The notes beneath the pieces are model-generated. The model made no database searches. It saw only the letters and a program-made list of their open reading frames with translations, and was not told the DNA's origin. The position numbers and the translations under genes are program-made. From a virus, in the IMG/VR virus record IMGVR_UViG_3300031857_000027: DNA of 64,000 nucleotides; one strand, 5' to 3'. Shown piece after piece: positions 45,054 through 53,668 of this stretch. Numbering within the stretch: position 1 is the stretch's first letter; each line of letters opens with the position of its first letter.

Positions 45054-45548
45054 TTACTCCTCACATTGAATAACTTTAATTTCACATTTTTTTAGAAAAT
45101 TGATACCTGAATCACTTCTGTAGGCGTTTTTGTAGTAAACCTCCTTGATTCCTGACTGATATATCATCTTAGCACATTCCAAGCACGGTGCGTGGGTAAT
45201 AAACATTGTTGCCCCATCACTTGAGTTTGTTGACCGAGAAACTTTAGCAATAGCATTAGATTCGGCATGTAGAACTTCTGGTTTAGACGTTAACCGTGTC
45301 CAACCATGAGCAGTTTCGGTATAACCATTGGCAATCATCCATTCCGGTGTCTCATAACATTCATCTTTGAGGACATATAAAGTTTCTTCACAGTTGTTAT
45401 CCCAACCAGATGGCATGCCGTTATATCCGATACCAATGATGGTATTGTCTTTGACGATTACACAACCTACATGTAATCTACGAGCAGTTGAAAGTTCAGC
45501 ATAAACGCTGGCCGCTTTCATATGGGCTTTTACGTATTTTTCTTTCAT
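45054..45548 (-). CDS. dCMP deaminase
   Basis: GYNG, HAE and PCLEC motifs. Confidence 0.92.
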   Translation of the reverse strand: MKEKYVKAHMKAASVYAELSTARRLHVGCVIVKDNTIIGIGYNGMPSGWDNNCEETLYVLKDECYETPEWMIANGYTETAHGWTRLTSKPEVLHAESNAIAKVSRSTNSSDGATMFITHAPCLECAKMIYQSGIKEVYYKNAYRSDSGINFLKKCEIKVIQCEE

Positions 45549-45600
45549 TATAAGTAAGCACTCACTTCATGCATGGCGCACGACGAAAAAATCGTTCCGA

Positions 45601-46464
45601 CTATTCCAAAATGACAAGTGACGTTCTAGCCACGTTTACGTTGTTGGCGTGTAGGAAGAATGGTAAAAATCTTTCACCTAAAAAACCTGGATATCTCCAA
45701 GGCAATGGCTCAGATGTTGTTGTAGTTGTTGGATATACTCTGCTTGTGTTCTGCCACACATATTCTAAAAGTTCAAATAACTCAGAAGCATATTTTCTGA
45801 ACAGTTGCTTACGCATGACATAACATGTTTCAAAACTGGCGCCGTTGTCATCCCACCAACTCATCTTGTCTCTGTAATCAGGTAATAACTTTTCAATACC
45901 CTCTAAAAACAGATTCAAATACTCTGCTGGTTGTGACTGTAGATACTGATTACGAACTGAGTATGGCAATGGTGTGATGTGATTCGTAATCGCATCGTGT
46001 GTCTCAAGTAGTTTGAGTGCGGCCGCCTTCTGTTCATCGGATGACATGTAATTAGCACTTTCTTGTGTGGCCGGCAACGATGATTTCAGAATATTTTTAC
46101 CCAAGTCACCTTTGAAGTCCAAATAACGACGATATGTTGTACAGCCAATGAAGTCTGCACGACCATTATGCCACAAGTAATACTCGGATGCTTGTTGTGC
46201 TAATGCACGAAGAAACTCATCTTCACTACACATGCTGTAATAGTGACGATAGCCATATACACTTTTATGTTGTGATGTGTTGATCCAATTGCCGGGACCT
46301 GGTGGTTGCCACTTGTATGGCGCATGAGAACCAGCGTATGCTGCTTTCAGCCAAGAGGATTCATGATTAAAAGGAAAGTCTTTATGAAAGTGACTTACCA
46401 TCAACAGATCAGTCACCTTGCACCTCTTCTTTTTTCTTCTTCTTGAATTCAATTCGTGGAGCAA
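45601..46464 (-). CDS. DUF4422-like (glycosyltransferase-associated) protein; true start probably later
   Basis: SE, IG...YRRY and R.PGFLGER motifs. Confidence 0.65.
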   Translation of the reverse strand: MLHELNSRRRKKKRCKVTDLLMVSHFHKDFPFNHESSWLKAAYAGSHAPYKWQPPGPGNWINTSQHKSVYGYRHYYSMCSEDEFLRALAQQASEYYLWHNGRADFIGCTTYRRYLDFKGDLGKNILKSSLPATQESANYMSSDEQKAAALKLLETHDAITNHITPLPYSVRNQYLQSQPAEYLNLFLEGIEKLLPDYRDKMSWWDDNGASFETCYVMRKQLFRKYASELFELLEYVWQNTSRVYPTTTTTSEPLPWRYPGFLGERFLPFFLHANNVNVARTSLVILE

Positions 46465-46572
46465 TGATTGCTTGAATCATCTCACGCTTGTAGTCAGTCT
46501 TGTTTTTACCAGAAAGACCTGAAAGTAGAACCTTCAGTTCTTTGCCCATTTTAAAGTTTGAATTTGATTTCA

Positions 46573-47181
46573 TTACCATGTCCAAGCAACATAAGAGTAT
46601 CGTGTGCCTTTCGTCACCAGATCGACTCTGTGTGGATAAAGGAAGTTTGATGGGAAAATCATAATCTCACCAGACTTCAAAGTTATAGGAGTGTCTTGCC
46701 AAAATACCAAATCACCACCATCATAGCCGCCATTCAAACCACCAAGAATAGTAAGTGTTGGTATACCCTTACGTTGACCATCAAACATTGAATGAATGTG
46801 GTCGCAGTGAAGTTTCATTTGTGTATCTTCACGATAACGGTTGAAACGAACTTCAGTGAATCCTTGCCAAGATTGATACCAATTACAACCCCAATCAGTA
46901 AGTTCTTTGTGATATCTCTGCAAGCCATCCCATATTCTTTGCATGATGTACTCTTTGTGCTTTACATTTGACCATGTAACAGCAAGTTCATGCTCATACG
47001 AATGATTAGAATTATTCTGATAGTCGTAGAACTGGTGCGTCTGAAACTGTCCTTCAACTAGTTCAAGTTCGTCAACAGTTTCTTGACACACTTCTGGTGT
47101 GAGCCAATCGGAATAGATTTTGAGATATGATCGTAGGTCTTTGTCCATCATGTATCCTTCAAAGTGGGGCTTGCGCCCCAC
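46573..47181 (-). CDS. 2OG-Fe(II) oxygenase (start likely 47150)
   Basis: HCD, Y.GG, FPSNFLYPH.V and RYS motifs. Confidence 0.88.
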   Translation of the reverse strand: MGRKPHFEGYMMDKDLRSYLKIYSDWLTPEVCQETVDELELVEGQFQTHQFYDYQNNSNHSYEHELAVTWSNVKHKEYIMQRIWDGLQRYHKELTDWGCNWYQSWQGFTEVRFNRYREDTQMKLHCDHIHSMFDGQRKGIPTLTILGGLNGGYDGGDLVFWQDTPITLKSGEIMIFPSNFLYPHRVDLVTKGTRYSYVAWTW

Positions 47182-47182
47182 T
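47163..47182 (-). terminator. hairpin after hsp20
   Basis: AGTGGGGC-N4-GCCCCACT perfect stem, short U run. Confidence 0.65.
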
Positions 47183-47184
47183 GT

Positions 47185-47670
47185 TTATGCAGCCTGTTTT
47201 TCTTCTTGTAGAAGTTTAGGCTCAAAAAATTTCAGTTCATTACCAATTTCAATGCGTTTTGGCTTTTGATGTTCTGGAATAACATTAATAAGACCAACAC
47301 GCAGAATACCATCTTTGAGTTCTGAACTATGTACTTCAATAGTGTCAGCAATGGTAATTGTTTTTGTGAAGTTACGTGCAGCAATACCTCTGTGTAGATA
47401 TTCTGCTTGTCCCATATCTTCATCTTCTTTATTACCTTTGATTACCAAAGTATTTTTTTCTCTGGTAATTTCAATGTCGTCTTTACTGAAGCCTGCAACC
47501 GCAAGTTCAATAATGTAACGATTGTCATCTACTCTGATAATATTGTGATACGGAAAAGTATTTCCAGTATGTTGTGCTGGCGTAGCAGACAACAACTTCT
47601 CAATGTCATCAAAGAAACGATCAAAGCCAAGAGTATGATGTAGTAAAGGACTAATACGAGTAATAGTCAT
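47185..47670 (-). CDS. small heat shock protein (Hsp20/IbpA-like)
   Basis: GFDRFF, PYHNI, ELAVAGF, YLHRGIA.R.F and DGIL motifs. Confidence 0.95.
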   Translation of the reverse strand: MTITRISPLLHHTLGFDRFFDDIEKLLSATPAQHTGNTFPYHNIIRVDDNRYIIELAVAGFSKDDIEITREKNTLVIKGNKEDEDMGQAEYLHRGIAARNFTKTITIADTIEVHSSELKDGILRVGLINVIPEHQKPKRIEIGNELKFFEPKLLQEEKQAA

Positions 47671-47720
47671 AGTTTTCTCCTTTTAAGCAAGTAAAATTAC
47701 GTGACCCCGAAGGCATCACG
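47671..47720 (-). promoter_or_regulatory. ROSE-like RNA thermometer in the hsp20 5' UTR
   Basis: UUUUACUUGCUUAAAAGGAGAAAA pairs UUGCU with the SD (bulged G); upstream UUCG-capped hairpin. Confidence 0.6.
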
Positions 47721-47722
47721 AC

Positions 47723-47905
47723 TCACTTGGCAATCGCAAATGCTGTACGATTGACAAGATAAGTTCTTTGTGGATTACTTTGATTGAAGACTTTAATGAA
47801 CTCATTATTGCCTTCTTTTATCACATCATCGTAATTCCGTGTGTACACCTCTTCTTTGGTGTACTTGTTAACCAGTTTAATCGCATTGTTTTTCACTTTG
47901 CTCAT
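47723..47905 (-). CDS. hypothetical protein
   Basis: 60-aa ORF between regA and hsp20. Confidence 0.55.
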   Translation of the reverse strand: MSKVKNNAIKLVNKYTKEEVYTRNYDDVIKEGNNEFIKVFNQSNPQRTYLVNRTAFAIAK

Positions 47906-47917
47906 GATGCATCACCG

Positions 47918-48322
47918 TTATTCAGTTCTACCTTTTTTACCTATGTTATATTTAGCAACTAGTTCCCATTCATCTTTTTCTTTGAAAGCAATAATCTTAA
48001 TTTGATGAATTGGTGCCATATTATTCTCTACTATATCATAGTTTACAATCTTTAGCAAGCCCCATTCCTCAAGTAAATTGGCAATAGCGTTACGTCTTTG
48101 TATATCATTTTCGGTAATTGTTGATAGCTTACCATCTAATGCAAATAATTCTTTGAAGTGTACGATATAATACTTACCTTGTTTATGTAGAATATGGCAA
48201 GACTGATACAGCACCCTCTCTTTACGACTTGAGACACCGATTCTTGTGAGTGTCTCACGAATTTTTAAAAAGTCATCTTGATTTGAAAGAACGACTTCAA
48301 CAAACTTTGATAAATCAACCAT
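47918..48322 (-). CDS. regA: translational repressor RegA
   Basis: FLKIRETLTRIG, LYQSCHILHKQG and HFKELF motifs. Confidence 0.96.
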   Translation of the reverse strand: MVDLSKFVEVVLSNQDDFLKIRETLTRIGVSSRKERVLYQSCHILHKQGKYYIVHFKELFALDGKLSTITENDIQRRNAIANLLEEWGLLKIVNYDIVENNMAPIHQIKIIAFKEKDEWELVAKYNIGKKGRTE

Positions 48323-48323
48323 G

Positions 48324-48710
48324 TCATTTCCTTAACCCACCCGTCAGGGTTTCTTCTTTTAGTTTTTGGATTTGTTCTTTGCTGAGAAGTCTCAAAGCCT
48401 CACGTGCTTTGGAATCGGACAGGCCATAGACCAGTTTGACACATTCCAAATCATCGTTTTTTTCAGCCTTAGCCCACTTCGCAAACGGTCTTTTCATAGA
48501 CCTGACGGTATTTAGCAAATAGTCAAATTGTAGTTTCTTTTCAAGGTAGTGCCTACTATTCATCTCATTCGCAAAGGCCAGACAATCCTTGTGTTGAGAC
48601 AAGGCTCGGTTGACCAGAAAAGGAGCATAGTCTTTCTCGGTTATATCATCTACAATCATTTGCTTCTTAGTTTGTAGGATGGCAGTTGCATAGTCAAATG
48701 GATTACTCAT
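48324..48710 (-). CDS. clamp loader small subunit (T4 gp62)
   Basis: Y.PFLVNRALS, ANEMN; synteny with regA. Confidence 0.9.
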   Translation of the reverse strand: MSNPFDYATAILQTKKQMIVDDITEKDYAPFLVNRALSQHKDCLAFANEMNSRHYLEKKLQFDYLLNTVRSMKRPFAKWAKAEKNDDLECVKLVYGLSDSKAREALRLLSKEQIQKLKEETLTGGLRK

Positions 48711-49704
48711 ATTTAAAAATCACCGTGTCATCTAAACTTTTCTCATTTTTAAGTTCATTCTGCAATGCCTGCCTTTTGCTGCTGACCAGTGAGAATTTAT
48801 CAAAAACGTAATAATGTTTTTCAAAGTGAACATTCTTAACATCATCTATCATGTTTTTATTTCCGACTTTACCGACGTTCCAACAACTCACACCATCTTC
48901 TTTCAAATGGCTTAGTGATTTTTCAATCAAAGGTTTGAGAAACTCTGCAATCCAGGATTCATAGTTAGTTACATTGTTTATTGATTGAGTTGACTCTTTA
49001 GTATAAACTTCAACATCAAAATAGGGTGGGCTGGTCAAAACCATATCCACTTTAGGTAAATTATAGTTAGCCATATTTAAAGCATCATCACATATGATTG
49101 TAACTTTATCTTCAATATTTAAAAACTTAATCAGTCTTTGTAAATTTTTATAAGTTTCTGTATTTGGTTCAAAAGCAATGTATCTTGCACCACTTGAAAC
49201 CACACCTAACATTCTTCCACCCCAACCAGCACATGGGTCTAAAACTATTTTTGGTTTATATTTCAAACACAAAAGTTTTGCCATTTGTGGTCTATACATT
49301 GTACTTTTGGTTAGACCACAACAAAAATAAACTCCACGTTTTAGTTCTGAAAGATATGGTGTGCTATGACTCTTTCTATTCCAACGTAAAATTTTTTGCA
49401 GATTTTCAGCAGTCCAACTGTTGGCAAAACTTTTACCACGATTGTCTTCTATTTTATAGAAGTTTGGGAAAAAGTGTTCACACAATTTCATTCCAATTCT
49501 TGAAGTTGAATTGATGGTGTTTTCATTTGAAAACCAACGAATCAAATTGTTCCAATCTGTCCTTAGTTGTTCTTCAGTATAAAGTGTTTTGTAATCTATA
49601 CCTTCTAATTGAGTGGCTAAGTCATTGACTATACCCTCAAATTGTTCATCGGAAAGATTTCTGGTACTATATCTGATATTCAAAAAGTCTTTTATTTCAA
49701 CCAA
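48703..49704 (-). CDS. amino DNA methyltransferase (m4C/m6A)
   Basis: LDPCAGWGGR (SAM binding) and TSPPYF (catalytic) motifs. Confidence 0.85.
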   Translation of the reverse strand: MVEIKDFLNIRYSTRNLSDEQFEGIVNDLATQLEGIDYKTLYTEEQLRTDWNNLIRWFSNENTINSTSRIGMKLCEHFFPNFYKIEDNRGKSFANSWTAENLQKILRWNRKSHSTPYLSELKRGVYFCCGLTKSTMYRPQMAKLLCLKYKPKIVLDPCAGWGGRMLGVVSSGARYIAFEPNTETYKNLQRLIKFLNIEDKVTIICDDALNMANYNLPKVDMVLTSPPYFDVEVYTKESTQSINNVTNYESWIAEFLKPLIEKSLSHLKEDGVSCWNVGKVGNKNMIDDVKNVHFEKHYYVFDKFSLVSSKRQALQNELKNEKSLDDTVIFKYE

Positions 49705-50261
49705 AATTCTAGACCTCTTAGTTCTTCCTTATTTTTCCATTCAGAAATGTCGTAGACAAAATCCAAATCAAAAAAATTATCAAAATTACCCATCAAAATG
49801 TAATCGTCATTCTTTATTTTTTCACCACCTTGTTGATGTTTAAACAAAGGAGAAGGTGTGTTGTCCATATGGTCAATAAAGTCTTGTTTCTTGAAGAATA
49901 CCATTTTTGACTTTGAAAGATCATAGTTGACTCCAAGAAAGATCAATCTTTCCCAATCTTTTTTTATTGAAATGTGATTAAGCGCAAATTGATTGTGTAC
50001 TGTTTCATGTGCTAAACTAATTTTAACTTCGGTTTTATAACCATCAATTAAAAAATCCTGTCCTGAATTTTTTCTTTCTCTTACAGAACAGTTTAGTAAT
50101 GTCATGTATTTACCTACTATTTTCTCTCCCAAGGCGCCTTTGTTTTTGTTGGATATCAATGGATACTTTTCAAAGAGTGTGCCTTCCCACAAGTTTTTAG
50201 ACTTTTCTTCCATAAACTTGTTGAGTTTGCCATCTTTAAATAAGGTATCAAAAGGTATCAT
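49692..50261 (-). CDS. putative PD-(D/E)xK restriction endonuclease
   Basis: KG.LGE, QDFLIDG.KTEVK; directly upstream of the MTase. Confidence 0.6.
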   Translation of the reverse strand: MIPFDTLFKDGKLNKFMEEKSKNLWEGTLFEKYPLISNKNKGALGEKIVGKYMTLLNCSVRERKNSGQDFLIDGYKTEVKISLAHETVHNQFALNHISIKKDWERLIFLGVNYDLSKSKMVFFKKQDFIDHMDNTPSPLFKHQQGGEKIKNDDYILMGNFDNFFDLDFVYDISEWKNKEELRGLEFWLK

Positions 50262-51187
50262 TTGAATTCCACGTTAGCCATGATTTCTGTCAGGCAAGCA
50301 ACAAGATTGATTTCATGGTCAGCAACAAATGCTTGCTTGTATTGGTAGTCAGCAAGAATTAAGACTGCTTGTGGTATACTCTGAGGCTTTGCAATGTCAT
50401 ACAAAGCATCATAGAGTTTGCGAAAGAATGTCGTGTTATCAATTTCCGACGTTGCTGCCCATTTACGGACGGACGTAAAGTCTTTTTCTTTCAAATGTTT
50501 GACAATCTGTGTTAGAGAAATATCACCAATCTGAGAGAGGATGCCTACATCAATCTTGCCGAGTTTGGAATAGCGTTGAAGTTCATTGATAACACGACGA
50601 AAATCTGGAAAGTGTTTCTTGACTACTTCGGCAATTACCTTTTCGTCAAATTCAACTTTCTCTGTATCAAGTATGTGTGTGATGCGTTTGAAAAACGCAG
50701 AAGCCATTTGCGCTTTTTCACCATTCTTCAAACCAAATTCAATGACCGCACAACGACTGTGTAGTGGATCAATGATTTTGTTTTTATAGTTGCAGGTGAA
50801 AATGAAAGAACAGTTTGCAGCAAACTCTTCAATCGCATTACGCAGAATTGCTTGTGCGTTTGGTGTTAGATAATCTGCTTCATCTAGAATGACAACCTTA
50901 CGGCCACCAGAAAGTGAAACCGATGATGCATAGTTTTTGATTTTGACACGAATTGTATCGACGCCGTTCTCATCAGAACCATTGATTACCATGTAGTCGC
51001 AACCGATTTCGTTGCACATGGCTTTGGCGATTGTCGTCTTGCCCACACCCGCCCCACCAGCCAGAAGGAGATTTGGCATCTCTTTCTGGTTTACGTATTG
51101 TTGAAACACTGCTTTCAAACGTTCTGGTAGAATACATTCTTCCACTGTTCGTGGCCGATACTTTTCTGTCCATAGAAGATGTTCCAT
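50258..51187 (-). CDS. clamp loader large subunit (T4 gp44)
   Basis: WTEKYRP, GAGVGKTT, DEAD and SRC motifs. Confidence 0.96.
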   Translation of the reverse strand: MEHLLWTEKYRPRTVEECILPERLKAVFQQYVNQKEMPNLLLAGGAGVGKTTIAKAMCNEIGCDYMVINGSDENGVDTIRVKIKNYASSVSLSGGRKVVILDEADYLTPNAQAILRNAIEEFAANCSFIFTCNYKNKIIDPLHSRCAVIEFGLKNGEKAQMASAFFKRITHILDTEKVEFDEKVIAEVVKKHFPDFRRVINELQRYSKLGKIDVGILSQIGDISLTQIVKHLKEKDFTSVRKWAATSEIDNTTFFRKLYDALYDIAKPQSIPQAVLILADYQYKQAFVADHEINLVACLTEIMANVEFK

Positions 51188-51225
51188 GGTAACCTTTCAC
51201 AAAAATCATAATGTAATATATTATA

Positions 51226-51441
51226 TCAGTCAGCGTTCAATTTTGCAAGCACTTCAAGATATGGTTCTTTAACTTGCCAATCAATATTATTGACACCGTA
51301 AATAACAGTTCTTGGTTGTAGTTGTGCATTTGAATCTGGCTGAATTAGTTCAAAGACTGATGCAACAATGTCTTTATTGATAGCGATTGAATCACCATCG
51401 TGGTTTAGTGATGCATTTGTAAAAATAACAAACTTACCCAT
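51226..51441 (-). CDS. hypothetical protein
   Basis: 71-aa ORF. Confidence 0.55.
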   Translation of the reverse strand: MGKFVIFTNASLNHDGDSIAINKDIVASVFELIQPDSNAQLQPRTVIYGVNNIDWQVKEPYLEVLAKLNAD

Positions 51442-51443
51442 GA

Positions 51444-52124
51444 TTAACCTTTCTCATATTTTGAGCCTGCTTCAGTTGCAATCCAATACTGAATGCTCAT
51501 TGATTTGTGTTTGAAGTGTGCAATACCCTTTGAAGAGATAGTTACTGAATAAGCACCAGCAAGCATCTTCAAATTCTCTGTTTTGAACAGCATCTTGTAC
51601 TTGTCACCATTGCTCTTTGACACTTCAAGAGATTCTGTGTGTGCTGCATCATTCTGCAAATCAAATGCAGTTACAGAAACTTTACTACCATCAGATTCAA
51701 TAGCAATATGTGGTGAAGAAAGGACATTGGCAGCACGAAGAATCCAATCAAAGTCTTCTGCACTCAAATCAAATTTGATTTCTGGATTGTTGAGTTCCAG
51801 ATTCTTATCTGGTGCAGCAACGATCATGCTTGATGCACAGAAGCGATATTTGATTTTGCTGCGACCTTGTAGACCAGAGATGAGAACATTTGCCTCATCA
51901 AAGTCAATCACAGGTTCTTCTTTGTGTAGTGAAAGAACGGACAAAAAGTTGTTCAGATCATATACACCAAACTCTTTTGGAATTTCTTCAGAGACAACAG
52001 CCTCAGCAAGAATATTCTTATGAGTAGAAATGGTACGAATTGTTTTGCCTGGTTTGAAAAGAATGCCTTGATTAATACTGGCAAAGTTTTTCAATACAGA
52101 CAGAGTTTCATTTGAAAGTTTCAT
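51444..52124 (-). CDS. sliding clamp (T4 gp45)
   Basis: MKLS.ETL..LKNFASIN, FGVYDLN.FL and YWIA.E motifs. Confidence 0.95.
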   Translation of the reverse strand: MKLSNETLSVLKNFASINQGILFKPGKTIRTISTHKNILAEAVVSEEIPKEFGVYDLNNFLSVLSLHKEEPVIDFDEANVLISGLQGRSKIKYRFCASSMIVAAPDKNLELNNPEIKFDLSAEDFDWILRAANVLSSPHIAIESDGSKVSVTAFDLQNDAAHTESLEVSKSNGDKYKMLFKTENLKMLAGAYSVTISSKGIAHFKHKSMSIQYWIATEAGSKYEKG

Positions 52125-52127
52125 GAT

Positions 52128-52397
52128 TTATTTCCTCGTCAAGTCATGATTATGTAAGGCCATTATAGCATAGTGTACAACTTTTAACAAGTCATCTCGA
52201 TTATAGCCGTTCTTTTTGCCGTAACGCTGTGCATACTTCATGATGTTTCCAATAAAGAATCCTTCACCGTGCCCACAGTCTATAATGAATTCTGAAGTTT
52301 GGAATTTGTTTAGTGAGTAGTGTTGACCGTATGTCTTGTCGATGTATTTTTTTAACTCTTCAAGAATACGGTCTTCACTGTATTTGTAGTCGATCAA
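52128..52397 (-). CDS. DUF3310-like protein
   Basis: TY.QHY, GF.IGNIMKY..RYGKK...DLLK motifs. Confidence 0.7.
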   Translation of the reverse strand: MIDYKYSEDRILEELKKYIDKTYGQHYSLNKFQTSEFIIDCGHGEGFFIGNIMKYAQRYGKKNGYNRDDLLKVVHYAIMALHNHDLTRK

Positions 52398-53209
52398 AGT
52401 CTACCGGTATACTGAGCAACAGCGGGCATGTTGCCAGTAAATGCGTATGTACCGATATGCTGAGTTCTCATCCAAGGACACAACCAAATGTTTCCACCCA
52501 TCTTGCGCCACATTTGACAGAACATATAATCTTCTGACAGATAACGCTCAGAGCCACCACCAACACATGAATCAGTTGTGTCAATCACGGTATCAAAGTA
52601 TGCATGAATGTAACGTGAGCCATCGAAATGTGCTTGACCAATATGATCGGGCTTATAACGAATGAAAGGATATTCTTCTTTCATCTTATCAAACACCTGA
52701 CGCTTGATCATCATATGACCTGTACCAATTTCCATTACTTCTAATGGCTCGGATACTTGGAATTGTTGTGTGCCTTTTACTACGTTGAATACGTATTCAC
52801 CAACAAGATTCTCAAGTTCTTTTGGATTCAGGTCTGGATGTTTGCGGGCTGTTTCCGCAATGTTGCCCCAGTTGATTGACTTCTTGGGATAAGGACCACC
52901 AATAACATCTTTATCTAATGCCATCAGTGCTACGATATCATTCGGATCAAAGTGAATGTCCGAATCAATGAACATCATGTGTGTAAAATCTGTGCGTAGA
53001 AACTCATCTACCAAATAGTTTCTTGCTCTTGTGATGAGTGATTCGTTGAAGAGAAAAGAAAACTTTGTTTCAATGCCATAACGAATCATGATAGTTTGTA
53101 AGTCAAGGCAAGACTTCATATACAAACCGTGATTCATACCACCATACATTGGTGTAGCCACGAACAGTTTATTCTTTCTCAGTTCTTCAAGGTTAACTTG
53201 TAATTGCAT
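52394..53209 (-). CDS. putative glycosyltransferase (GT-A fold)
   Basis: ATPMYGG, ESLITRARN, FIDSD and YLSEDY.FC motifs. Confidence 0.75.
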   Translation of the reverse strand: MQLQVNLEELRKNKLFVATPMYGGMNHGLYMKSCLDLQTIMIRYGIETKFSFLFNESLITRARNYLVDEFLRTDFTHMMFIDSDIHFDPNDIVALMALDKDVIGGPYPKKSINWGNIAETARKHPDLNPKELENLVGEYVFNVVKGTQQFQVSEPLEVMEIGTGHMMIKRQVFDKMKEEYPFIRYKPDHIGQAHFDGSRYIHAYFDTVIDTTDSCVGGGSERYLSEDYMFCQMWRKMGGNIWLCPWMRTQHIGTYAFTGNMPAVAQYTGRL

Positions 53210-53220
53210 AATTTATCCAT

Positions 53221-53260
53221 AAAAAAAGAGTGAGAACACATAATATATATGCTCTCACTC
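53221..53260 (-). terminator. intrinsic terminator
   Basis: GAGTGAGAGCA/TGTTCTCACTC stem followed by T7 on the minus strand. Confidence 0.7.
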
Positions 53261-53279
53261 CACCAGTTTCTAGCCTAAT

Positions 53280-53543
53280 TTAGGCAAACGCTTCTGCTCC
53301 AAGAACAGCATGTGCCATAGCAACCATTTCTTTGGTTGGTTTGCCGAGTTTGTAGTAAGTGATACGACGACCATCAGCAAGAGTTTTCTTGTTGGTATAG
53401 ATGCAGTAGCCTTCAGCACGAAGTTCTTCAATGCGGGCACCAACGTTTACGATACCGAAACGGGCACGTGCTTGTGCAGAAGTCAAGGTATTGTAAGGAC
53501 CGTCCTTAGAAAGGAACTTTAGAATTTTCTCTTTAGCAGACAT
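53280..53543 (-). CDS. winged helix-turn-helix protein
   Basis: LT..QA..RFGI....ARI.ELR..GY.I pattern. Confidence 0.75.
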   Translation of the reverse strand: MSAKEKILKFLSKDGPYNTLTSAQARARFGIVNVGARIEELRAEGYCIYTNKKTLADGRRITYYKLGKPTKEMVAMAHAVLGAEAFA

Positions 53544-53614
53544 TCAATTTACTCCATAAAAATTAGTCGCACGAAAAATGAATAGTAGAGGCGACTTTTC
53601 TCTACATAGTTAAT

Positions 53615-53652
53615 AGTATATACAAAAAAAGAGAGTGTGTCAACACTCTCTT
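53615..53652 (-). promoter_or_regulatory. terminator-promoter hybrid: TTGACA-N17-TATACT with the -35 at the apex of a hairpin plus U-tract
   Basis: -35 at 53638-53643, -10 at 53615-53620; stem AAGAGAGTGT/ACACTCTCTT. Confidence 0.75.
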
Positions 53653-53668
53653 AGGCAATAGTGAAAAA

